A DNA stretch of 64,000 nt from Atractiella rhizophila. Its lineage: Eukaryota. Shown one piece after another: positions 50,701 to 62,600 of the stretch. The notes under the pieces were generated by a model. It was not told the DNA's origin and made no database searches. It worked only from the letters and a program-made list of their open reading frames with translations. The DNA lies in NCBI GenBank assembly GCA_021432655.1, contig MU271261.1, forward strand, positions 1 through 64,000. Reading direction: 5' to 3'. The translations under genes were made by a program, and so were the position numbers. Position 1 is the stretch's first letter. Each line of letters begins with the position of its first letter.

Positions 50701-52730
50701 TGTCCCTTGCGGAGATCATCAGAGAAGGACCAGAGGAACTAGAGAACCCGCCAACTTCTCGTCCACAATCGATAGAAGGTTTACAGGAAAGGGAGGAAGG
50801 TGTCACTCCCCGTCAACGCAAACGTTGGTCCATGCTAGAATCCGTCTTTCGGACCACACCGAACTCGTCGAATCAAATCGGCCCGTCCAATGCGCCAGCA
50901 CTCGAAGGCCCTCAAATTCCCACCAACGAATCCGATCTCACCCTCGATACCGCCACCCAACGACTGAACGAACCAGTCACGTCCATCCCCGTTCCCCCAT
51001 ATCTTGCTACAGATGAAGATACACCAAACACAAAACCTCGTCCTTACGAATCCGAACCTGCAGGCGTCCAAGATGAACCAGCCCTTCCAAATCCGCCTGA
51101 GTTCGATCCTCTCATAGCGAGTACGACTCTCACTCAATACGTGAAGTTGACACGGACAAAAGGTGCTCGGTTGATTCGCGCCGTCGAAACCAAAAAGCGG
51201 ACGTAGGTATCGGATCGTGCCGTTTCTTCTCACTAACGAGTAATATAGATATTTGGCCGTATTGTGCGGTGATAATGGAGAAAGGGTAGAGCTGTTCACG
51301 GTTTGCCCTTTGATTTTATTAACTTGGACGCCTGACTCAAGGAATTAAATAGGGATCCAAGAACGTCTCTCTTTCGCTAAACAGGACGTTCGTGCTTCCA
51401 GAAACGCCGAGAACGTAAGGCATGATCCCAATCAGCTACTGAAATCTGAGTCGTGACATAGAATCGAGTTCCAACTACAGGGAGATGACTTGATCGACAT
51501 CTATCTTCTCTATGAGGAGAGTATCTTTGCATTGGAACCCGCCACCATCCGAGTTCGAGAGGTGGGAGTCGGCCGGAACGAAAGGAGGGCAGCAAGGAGG
51601 GAACGGGAGCGGGAAGCGAGGGAGGCAGCATCGATGTCAGGGCAACATCCAGCGGATATGCCCTTGGATACCTCCGAGCCACACTTCAACTTTGCTTCAC
51701 CAATGTCTCCCGATACCAATCATCATCATCGAAGACAGCGATCTACAGCGACAGCTGAGATGGCACAGAATCCTCCTCCAGGCTCATCCAATGTAGGTGG
51801 GACAACCGCCACCGGAAACGCGAACGGAGGGACGAATGCGAATACAACGGCCGCACCCAACGGGACTGGGAATGCTCCCACTACAGGTCGCACATCGAAC
51901 GTTGAAGCGGGGCCGCCGGGGAATCATCGACCGATGACACCAGCGGCGCAGGAGGAACAAAACCTTTTGGCCGTGAAATCACTCAATCCTTATACGACCT
52001 TCCAGCAGTTGGCTTTTCTCCCTCCAGTCCCTTCGTCCATCCTAGCTTCCTCATATGTCATTCCGCCGCGCTACGAGTCCGTCGTCGATTCAACACCAGC
52101 TCCCCCGCCGAAAGATGTCGCTGTCGCTCCCGAGACACCGATCACTCCTACCACTCCGGGTTTGGATGGCAGATCCTCCCTGCTTTCGCCCATTTCCTTA
52201 CTCAGTAATCCCACGGCTCAAGCGCATGGTCCGCCAGGTCTGTTTTTTGTCACGAAAGCGAAACAGATCACCGGAATCGTGGACGCTGAAGGGAGGAGCA
52301 TCATTCGGAAACCCGTGTTTTGGCAGGGAGAGCCAGTGGATCCGGCGAGGTTCGAAATGAGGTCGTCTGATGTTATTAGCAGGGTGGAGATGCTGGTTTC
52401 TGACTCCCAGAAGACAATATTGATCGGTGTAAGTCCCTTTCTGCTCTCTGGGGTCAACAACCTGAGCTTGTCTAACTTTACCTGTAGGTCGGGCCCAATG
52501 ACATCCAAGCTGTGCCTGTGTTGGGTTCTTCGATTGACTTCCCCTTCGGAAGCGCTGTCTCCATCCTGCCCCCGCTTTTGACGAAGCGCGGATTCAAGCA
52601 TACTGACAATTTTGATGGCCTAAGAGATGTCGTCTTCCTTGGGAAGGCGAATGCCACGAATCAAGTGTTTTGGGCGGAAAGGAAGAATAATACTACCTGC
52701 CTCTACGCCGTTGCGACGACTCACTATTGA
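44725..52730 (+). CDS. Large protein with a split CNH (citron homology) domain and long disordered inserts; contains an internal tandem duplication
   Basis: CNH-like blocks RWAQPLCGAVLDEKYLLIGT..FRQIEIL..NILLAIAGRNDHIR-VYSLDVIR and YVKLTRTKGARLIRAVETKKRTYLAVLCG..VELF..LNRTFVLPETP..IYLLY; N-terminal PPxY motif. Confidence 0.75.
45024..48721. repeat. 1849-bp tandem duplication (45024-46872 and 46873-48721)
   Basis: ORF track repeats with an offset of 1849; the junction CATCTTT|AAGGAGACC lies at 46872/46873. Confidence 0.97.
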
Positions 52731-53317
52731 CCTATTCCTCAACTTATCAGTGACTTCTTTATCATTCACTTTCTCGCCGTGGCAGTTTATACATGATATT
52801 TGCTCCCTCTCTATTTCAACCAATCAAAATACCCAGGACATATACTTGTGCCTTGACTCTCCTACACTCTTGTTATTTGCAATGTATAACCTCGCATACT
52901 TCCTCAATTTCTTGCTTGTACAAATTCGGAGTGAACTGCTTTCCCAATACCACCTTCCTGCACCACCAAGGAGCATATCTGCTCCATAAAGCAGCCAGCT
53001 TCGAGTTCAAATTGTCGATTCCACCAACACGGAAGGGCATAAAGGAAATCAAATTAAAGAGGTTTTTCTGTATGTATCCCATAACATATCCAATGATATT
53101 AAAGAAATACCATATCCTGCAAAGTTTCTGGGTCGTGGGTCAGCGCGCGGCGACGCAGAGTCGCGTGAAGTCGGGAGCAACCGACAAAACCCGGTCGACG
53201 AATCACTCTCCTCCCTTTCCAGCGACGTCAACTTTTCCTCGACTTCCTCCCAGACACCTGCAGCCAGGACAGGACGACACCACACACGTCAAGACAAGTC
53301 AGGAGGGAACCGCCGAG

Positions 53318-55530
53318 ATGTCTGGAATCGACGATCTCTTCCGCGCACTCGAGCAGCAGCTGCACTCCGCCTGGGAGTCTCTTCCCCCGTTCATAACGCC
53401 GGAGGAGCTCAACGGGCACCTGCACGCCTTGTGGCACTCTCTGCCTTCTCCGCCGTCTCTCCCCTCCGTCGGATCATCCTACAATTCCAAAAAAGTCGAA
53501 ATCTTGTTCGCTGAGCCATCCACCGCCTTTCGTCGTCCTCCCGCCGCTGCAGATAAGGGATGGAGCTGGAAGACGATCGCATTGCTCACATTTGGAGTGG
53601 GAGTTTCGGCTTCAATCTCTTTCTATGCTCTCTATCCCCATCTGAAATACCATCTGCGAGAAAAACCGGCTCGTCCGCTTCGGGATCCGTCCGGCGATGT
53701 CCGAGAGACGATGTTGATCGTGGGAGTGGAGAAGGGGAGTGTGGGAGAAGAACTCGCGAGGTGGTTTGAGAAGAGGGGATGGGTCACCATTTGTGCGACT
53801 GCGAAGGTGGGAGAGGTGGAGGAGTTGGAGAGGAGGGGAAATGGGAAGAGGAAGGTTATAGTTCTTGAGGCGGCCGATGTGAGTTGCTTCCCTTTCCGTC
53901 TCAGGTTATGCGATAAGAAAGGGTTCTCCGTTTTAAGTGTCTTTTACCCTCCAATTCTTCTTCACTTCCAATTCTTCGTTGTCAACCATGACCCGGAGTA
54001 CTGCTGAATGCAGTGTGTGACTCTTTGGAGAGGATGATGGTTCCCTTCTATTCACTCTGCTTTCTCAATTCCAGTCGAAATGCAGAGGGGAAACGAAGGG
54101 ATATATCGATGGTGGAATCAATAGAAGGTTCTTTTCTTCCTCGTGAACTGATCCTCCAGCGATTTCTACATTTCTTCTTCTTTCGGAAGAAAATACGCGC
54201 GTGTATTCCACAGAGCAATACTGACAGAAGGATTGCTGAATGGGAATAGCCCACCTCGATCCCTCCCTTCCTTCGCTCGCTCACCTCCGCCCTCACCCTT
54301 CGGTTCCCACTCCACGCCAATTCGACCTCCTCATCGACCTACTCTTCCACTCCACTCCTCCTCACGTGTGCCATCAACTGTCTCCCCCTCCTACACTCTT
54401 CGCCTAACGGTCTCTATCCCCTCGAATCCGTGACGGAGGACCGTCTAGCTCCATACACCACGGCGTTAACGACCAACATCCTGCTGACAAAGTCCCTGTT
54501 ACCCTTCCTTCGTCGACCTGGGACATCACAGGTCGACGCCGAAGTAAACAGGAGTCTGATCACGTTGATGAACAGTTCCACGGCAGCGTTGGAACTTCCC
54601 TTCCTGTCCCTTCAGACGGGAATGGACCATGCTCTCCTCTCCGTCATCTCTTCCCTTCGTCGTGAACTCTCCACCATCCCTTCCTCCCTCAACCACCCTC
54701 CGATCAAACTCCAGACCATGTACGTCGGGCTGACGAAACCGCTTCGTTGTTCTCCTCCCCCGTCTCCGGGATCGAGGTCGCTCTCCCCATCCACTGTTGG
54801 ATTAGCTTTGGGAGGGATGAATGCGGGTTTGGAGGCTATGTATGCCCCGGGATTGATGAGGAGGATGGGAGGAGGGAGGAGGAGAAGAAGTGAGATGAGG
54901 GAGGTGGTGTTTGAGTTGGCGGAGGTTGTGTTGGGAAAAAGGGGGAGGGGAAAGAGTTATTCGATCGGAGAGGGAGGTGGGTCCTTCCTTTTTTACTAAC
55001 TTATGACGGAACATGCTGATGTAACCTTCTGTGTGCTTGATGCCTCTTCATCTGTTCTTTGGATACACTTTCGATTGCCAATCACAGCAACGAGTCATAG
55101 ACTAGCTGGATGTCTTCCATCCTCCGTCCTCGACGCTTTCATCCGTCTTCAAGACCAATCCTCCTCCCTCCTCTCCAATCCCTCTCTAAACTTCCGAGAA
55201 CAACCAACGCCCCGACCAACGCGAAAGAACATCAAAGCGTCGCGCACGCTGAACGCATTAGGTCTAAAGAGGGGACGAAAAGCGGGGCCGGAGTCGATGC
55301 GTCTCCAATCCGCGAGCAACTCGTCCTCGAACATCTCGCCCGTGGACTCGAGCGAGCTGGACGCGATCTCGAGCGGAGAGTCCGCCGAGGAGTTGGGGAA
55401 TTCGATCGGAGAGGAGAGGAGGAAGCGGGAACAAGAGGCTGAGGGAGAGGGTGATGGTGGACTCGGTAGTTTTGTGAGCGAGGCGGGGTGGAGGGATGAG
55501 AGCGTGTTGTTGCAGAGGGAGAGGGCGTGA
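53318..55530 (+). CDS. DUF1776 (Ysc83-like) protein with a degenerate SDR-like fold and N-terminal TM segment
   Basis: TM segment TIALLTFGVGVSASISFYALY, RETMLIVG...LARWFEKRGWVTI, intron of about 370 nt from 53879, IPPFLRSLTSALTLRFP, LLPFLR, SLRREL. Confidence 0.75.
54027..54157 (+). ncRNA. Candidate intronic box C/D snoRNA
   Basis: Box C-like ATGATGG (54034-54040), box D CTGA (54148-54151), flanking GAGGA/TCCTC complementarity and internal stems, inside an unusually long intron. Confidence 0.3.
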
Positions 55531-56640
55531 GAGAAGAAGGGGGGATATTATTTAAGAGTTCGTTGTTTGGTCCGCTCTGTCGTCTCTTCTATGAGGGAGT
55601 CACGGTTCGTAGCTCTTGTCGAGCGTCTCATGATGAGAACGGAAATGTAATAGTATGAAAACAAATTGGACAGTGTAATCCATTCGATCTTCTCGCCTTT
55701 CATACAAACATGCTGCACATCTCTCCGATTCACGGACCTATTTCTCAAATGTAACTTGGATTGTCTCTTCGTTTCGTCAATTTGGTGTATATATACATCA
55801 TCATGGTATGTATAACCTGAGCTCGTCAGGCGTGAGAGAAAACATGAGACTGAAGAACACCATACTACAAGGTGTACCAGGTGAGGGTAGACCGCGAATC
55901 CCGCGGTGGAACATGGAATGATCGTGGTGTCCTGTCCCCATTAAGTTCTTTTCTAGCCCACTCCACATATCACCAGCGCTACAACCGTTGCCAGCAACTT
56001 CACCACATTGCTACACATGTAGAGCAGGAAACGATAGCGGCGGAAGACGTTGAAGAAAATTCTTCAAAACAGAGCAAGGTGATCTTACTGACGCCGAGGA
56101 GTACAGGGAAGGGTCCAGAGGGTGGGCACAGGGAACGACTCGAAGAGGACGAGAGTAGAGTACTATTGCTAGAGCCAGTTTGCTTCTCTCTCAACTTGAA
56201 TTCAGTAATGGCATCGTTGTCGGACGAAGTCAGACATAGCATGAAAACGATGGTGATGTCCCAATCTTCTCGTTCTCAACGGTACCCGAAGCTGAAGAAT
56301 ACCGTAAACAATCATAAATCATCTATTCCTATCGTCAATGTTCGTGTTTACGTGAGCTCCTTACACGGGAAGCAACCTGGAGGGACTGAGCACGAATGTA
56401 TACGGATGTCGATAATGAAGCGAGAGGACCAAAATGTAGATGCCTGCAAAAAACACAGCAAGCGATAATGAAACAAAATTACTGAAATGAAAGCAACTAA
56501 GAGTTTGAGCAGACTTCGTGATAGTTACAAAGTGGGAGGGTATTGAGAAGAGGTAATGATCCAATTGAGTTGCGAAATGTTCATTGAGTTTGCGACATGT
56601 TGAGTTGAACGTAGAAGGTCGTTCATGGATCGATATTGCG

Positions 56641-59600
56641 TTAATGTTGTTTGCTGAAAGGGTTGTTGGAGGATCTCGGTGGAGGAAAGAGAGGCGTCTC
56701 GGAATCGGGAGTATCAAAACTATCTCTGCGCGCACTTGTCGAACCATCTCTGGAACCAAAAACTGCGTTTTTGGGTCGGCTCAAGGTCCTTCCTCGAGCT
56801 TTGACTCGATCCCTGACCTCTTGGAAGTTCTTTGAGAGATTTTCCCTCGCCGCGTACAGATCGAGCTGAGGTGATCGAAGGCGGTTGAGATCTAAAGCGT
56901 GAGGAATAGAAGTGAATAGAGGCAATGTGAGCAGAATGATGAAACTCAACCTTCTTCCCTTGCAGCTCGCACACGTGCGTCCATCTCTGCCTTGTATGCA
57001 CGCTCTTGTCGTAACGTCGTTTCCAGGCGATCCACAAGGTTCTTTAGCTGTCGGATCTTTTCTTCCCCTTCCGCTTTTTCTTTAGTTCGAGCAGACTGTT
57101 CGTCCAGGAGACTGTTTTACACTTGCTTAGATTGCTGTCAATGGTGAAGAGGACTGCCTACCGCTCAAGCAGTTCCTTCTCCTTGTCATGCCACTCGGAA
57201 CGTGCAGCATCAAGCTCAGATGAAGCTGTCTCGAGCTCACCGATTTTTGTCTGCACATTTAATGTTAGAGCTTTTGAACTATGATAAATGATACAAGTGT
57301 ACCTGGAGCTGGGTTTTTAAGTCCCCTTTTTCCTTGCTTAGGCCATCTGAGATTCCTTGTTGCTTTTCCAACTTTCCAGTGAGATCTTCGCTCTGCTTGC
57401 GAGATTTTTCGAGGTCTTTGTTGAGGGTTTTGATGGACTTGTCCTTATCAAGACCCTCCTTCTTGGAGCTCTCGAGACTCGCCTGCAAATTGGAAACTTC
57501 GCTTTTGAGCCGCTCTACATCTTTCGTTTCTGCTTCGAGTCGACTGCCGCCCAGCGTAAACATCATTCAGTAGTCGAGGGCAACATACCTCTTCAGGTCA
57601 TCACCTGTTGTTTTGAGTTTGGCGATTTCTTGAATATTGTCTTCCATCGTGGCATTTCGAGTGATGATCGATTCTTTCAGATTTCCCATTCTGACACGTA
57701 CAGCCTGTTCAATGCGTAAAATGCTTGCATTGTCGTCGAGCGCGCCAGTCAAGGGTAGGAAAGGTAAAGGCTTTTCTCCTGGAGAGGAGACGTTTGAGTT
57801 GCAAGCGACGATATCGTTCAGTTCCGAAATGAGGGCGGTCATGTTGTCCTTGAACGTTCGAAGCTGTGACTCCAAGGCTTCTAGGTGCTTCTGCCGGTCA
57901 CCCCGTTCACTCTCCGCTTGAGCAACAACCGACTGTAGCTGGTCTTCTAGAGAGGCGATCTTTCGGTCGCGTTCCGTCACTTTCGGGGATGATTAGATCG
58001 CGGCACCGCCAAACATAACATAACTCACTTTCTTCAGCGAGGATGCTGATAACTCCACGCAGCTCGAATAGGCTACGAATAATACTCTCCACCCCTTTGT
58101 TCTTGATTTCGATCTCGGAGACCAGTAGCGACATGGAGTGAACGGATTTAGAGTTCTCCTGCTCCAGTTCGAGCACACGCCTACGCTTTTCTTCCAGTTC
58201 ATCACAGAGAGCACCATTCTTCTCTCGGAGAACGACGAGGTCACCATCACGTCGAGCAAGTTGCTTTTGGTACTCGGTTTCTAGCTTTTCAAATTCTTTG
58301 AGTTGATCATCAATAAACCGGGTGAGCTCGCTTTCGCTTCCAGCATCATCGTCAATGGGTGCTGATGTGCGAAAATTCAGTCCAACCAACAGGAGAAACA
58401 ACTGGAGAGACTCTACCTTGATCTCTCCACGCTTGAATTTCCTGCTCAAGCTCACCCAAATGATCCTCCTTCTGTTGGTTCTCCGCCATTAAACGTGACC
58501 TTTCATCCACTGCGTCACTGAGATCCTTCGTTACCTGTTCGTGCTTCGCTTCCAGGTCGTTGAACCGCGCTTGGAGTTCATTGAGACGATTTTCCACCTC
58601 GGCACGATCGCCTTTCAGTTTTGCTTGAGCATCCTCGCCATCCTTGAGCTTGCTATTTAATGCTTCTATTTGATCCAAGAGTGATTTTTCTTTCCCACGA
58701 GCTGTGAAACCGTTGGGCCATGTACATTAACGAAGACGACGCAGCATAGACATACCTTCATCAAGTTCACCTTTCAATTTCTTCGACGTCTCTTCTAGCT
58801 TCTTCAGCTTATCCTCGATTTTCCTTTGATCTGCAACCCCCGATTCGATCTTCGCTAGGGCGTCCCCTAACTGAGCACCCAGATCTTTCACCTTCTCATC
58901 CATTTCACGTCCCCTCTGTTCGAACTGCTCGACCGCCGTCTTGGATAACTGAAGTTCAGTCTGGAGGCGTTCAACCTCTGCGTTGTTTGTCTCTACGGCA
59001 AAAGCTTGTTTCACCTCCATATCCGCAACGAGCTGGACACGTATGTCAGACTCGACTTAACCTGCACAGCTCATACAACGAGACACTCACCTCCAAACCA
59101 CGATTACGAACGTTGTCCAACTCCTGGAAAGCAGCTTGCATTTCACCCAGTTTGAGCTTAAAGTTCTGCAGCATTGCGTCTCGTCGAACCTTCCTCGCAT
59201 CTTCTTTCTCTAAAAATTTCAGGATGGGCTCAGAAAGACGACGAATAGCTTCGTGAGACCTGTACTGGACATATCAAAACTTGATGCCATAAATGGGTGA
59301 AGGTTTGTACCAATTAAATTTGTCACTTGCTTTCTTGGCCGTGCTTTCGTAAAGATTGACCATATCGTCAACATACTGGCGAAGCTCGTCGTTCTCTTCC
59401 CTGAGTTCCCGCTCCCGCAGTTCCGTGTTCGGAGAGAGGCTTCGGGGCTACCCATCATTGTTAAGATCTACTTAAAACAACGTCATGGAAGCTTACAATC
59501 AATTTTTCTCTCGTAGGCAAGTCGTTTAGAGCCGTTTCGATCTCAAGATGAAGCTGGTCCAATTGGGTAACTGCGCTCCGAGCCTCTGGAAATCCAAGTG

Positions 59601-62600
59601 AGGGCTCTGAGGCTTTACGTGCCTCGTCTTCCATCGCGAGATAAGATGTTTCCGCCTCCTTCATTGCATTTCTAGTAAGATCCGTGTGTGCGTTGATGTC
59701 TTGCGACCGACCTCGAAAGTCTGTTGCGTCTCGTTTGATCTTATTTGATGCAAAGAGAACGGAAGATGTGGGAGAAATGGGATCGGCCGCAACCACAGGA
59801 GCTCCCATTGAAGGAAAGAGGGGTTGTTCACCGGAAGCTGGCGTGGCTGGAAGCTGCACTGGGGTATTCGCAGAAGTTGATATGTCGACGATTGGAGGAA
59901 CTGGAGATGGAAGTAAGTCAGCTGCGTCAGCTTGTGGATCCTCTGTCGCTGTTGCCTGCCCTTTCCCTTTTTTTGGTTTCTTCTTGGATTTGTTGTCTCC
60001 CGGTTTCTCAATGTCTTGAAGAGCACCTTCCGCATTTCCAGAATCTTCAAGGGGTTTCTCTAGAACCAGCGCCTTCACCTCTTCTGACTGCTCCTTATCT
60101 CCCTTCTTCTTCTTGTTATCTTTTTTCTTTTTGTTTCCCTTGCCCGCTTTCCCTTCGCCCTCAATATTAGGTTCGTCTTTAGTCACTGCTGTTGCCACAT
60201 TCTCAGCCGCCGCATCAAGTCTTTGATCCGTAGCTACTGCTTCATCAACCGTAGATGCCGCTGCAGCATTAGTTTTGGGATCCTGAGTTGTAGGATCCGG
60301 TATCGGTTCGATCATAGCGTCTGTCCCCTGCGTTGCCTCGTTCTGTAGATGCTCCAAAGCAACCTGATCGACTGGTACGTCGGCTGGGGGAGCAGCTTCG
60401 ACTGGTTCTGTGTCGGCCTCCTTTGTCGACGCGACCTCAGGATCAAGTTCTGATGCCCCTTCCGCAGCAAGAGGAGCAGATTCGTCCAAATGAGAAGGAG
60501 CTAGTTCTGACGCATCATTAGCAACAGGAATGATAATGCTAGCCGCCATGTCTTCTGCCGCAGGAGGATGTGTAGATTGGTTTTCTACAGGAGCGTCTAC
60601 AGATCTAGGTTCAGTTGGATCATCAGCAGATTCCGCTGTTGTCTCCCCTTCGGCAAGGTTGGCTTCTTCAGGAAATGCTAAAGGAACGTTGGGAGTCGAA
60701 TCAGACAGCGGTTCAGTCGGCGGACCAACATTAACGTCGCTAGCACCTTCAGCGGTGCCTGCGACTTCGGCGGCTTCAGAAACTTGATTTTCCTCGGCCG
60801 TAGCTGGAACTTGCTCACTGACTTTGCCTTCCTTTAGGAGATCATCAGATAACGCCTCATCTCCCGCAGCCGGGGTCGTGATGCCGGTTTTGGGAGTAGA
60901 TGGGGTTGGAGGGGTTGTGAACCCGAATGTATCAGCGGTCTGTTCTTTCTTCCCCTTCTTTTTCTTCCCTGGCGTCTTAAAAGGCGTGTCCTCCTGACCA
61001 ATGGCATTCCCGTCTCCAGTCACCTACAAAAATATTAGGATAAAATAGAAATGACATAAAATGTGCTTGCAGGTGTAGTAGCGTCATGTACATCCCTCTC
61101 GTCTGGCTTGCCCGAGTCGAGTCCTTCAACCTCCAACACGTCTGTTGCTGTGATCTTCGTCGGATCGGAAGGACTATCTTGATCATTTGGCACGGGACTG
61201 CTGGGACGAGTGGTCGTTGCACTCTCCGTCCCGCCTTTCCCTTTCTTCTGTTTCTTCTTATCCTTCTTGGACATCCCCTTCGTCGGCGGTACCTTTTCTG
61301 GTTCTGCTTCATTTTTCGCCACTTGAAGTGATACCTCCTCTTGTGTCGCTTCTTCTGCTGAACCTTGCGTTGCTGACGTCGGAGCACTAGCAGCTTCCTC
61401 CATCCCCTTCTTAGCCTTCTTCTTCTTCTTTGAATTCCCGCCCCAGTTGTCACCCGCAGGATCTTCCTCCACGCCGTCTGCTTCTAGTCCCACCGTCCCT
61501 TGTGCAACAGTGTCCTCTGGCGTTTGGTCCTCCTCCTTCTTCTCATCAATAAGAGCCGCACCTTCAGCAAGTGGAGTGGCAGAACTCTCCGGTTCGGGTT
61601 GTATCACTTGTATGTCCTCCGGTGCCTCTTCTCCTTTATCTTGCGCGGAGGCAGCCAGTTCTGGAACAGGAGGCTCTTCCTCTCCCTGTCCATCCTTTGG
61701 TGTCTCCTCGACGGTATCCTGCACTGACGCGGAGAGTTCTGGATTGGATGTCCCTCCTTCTCCATTGGCATTAGCATCAGCAGCAGGATCAGGAGGATCT
61801 TCCGTCCCTGCTGGAACTCCTTTCTTCTTCCTCTTTTCCTTCTTCGTTGGAACGGGAGAAAATCCAGACTCTTCTGCTCCTCCTTCTTGCGGCACCTGGA
61901 CCTTGCCTTCTTCTGAATCGTGAGGCGGAAGTGGGGCCGAAGCAATTGGAGCGGGAGTGTTTGGCGCCGTGTCCTTTTTTCCTTTCCCTTTCCCTTTCTT
62001 TCCTTTTCCAGACATTGGCTTCGTGTTCGAGTTTTCAACAGCAGGAATTGAAGGAGGATCGGGAACGTGGGGTGTACGTGGTGGAGAGATCGGTAAAGAA
62101 TCAGTAGTAGGCAAAGCAGTCGGCTCCTTTACTTCGACGGTGGCCGTTTTCCCTTTCGATTTCGATTTCACCTTCGTCTCACTGCGAGGAGAAAGAGGCG
62201 GTGAGATAGGCAATTCCTTTGGAGGAGTCTTGTCCTTTTCCTCCTTGGAGTCAGCAGCAGCTCCGTCGATGGCAACTGTTTCGGGGGGAGGTTGCCCTGG
62301 AAGTTGGTCTGGAGGAGGGAGGGGAGAACGTGATGGGGTATCGTTCGTCGGTTCCGGCCTGGTGGGGATTGGAGGGACTGAGGCGGAGGCCCAGGGATTG
62401 GCGGGAGGTACGAAGGATGATTGGGGTCGAGGGAGGTCTTCGAACGGATTTATATCTCGATTGAGGTCGAGGGGAGGGATGGAATCGAGCCTGGTCCTTC
62501 TAGCTGCCGCTGCGCTGGCACTGGCACTAGCACTGGTGGCGGTTGTCTGGAGCTGTTGATGGGGAGTGGATGTGATTGAGGATTTGGCGGATGAGGAATT

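Noticed and set aside
52793..53317. N-terminal extension of the 404-aa ORF
   Set aside because: It starts at a non-ATG codon in the 3' region of the upstream gene and has non-coding composition; ATG 53318 is the plausible start.
55750..56560. Possible small spliced membrane-protein gene on the minus strand
   Set aside because: Hydrophobic stretches and splice-like sites exist, but I could not assemble a consistent frame.
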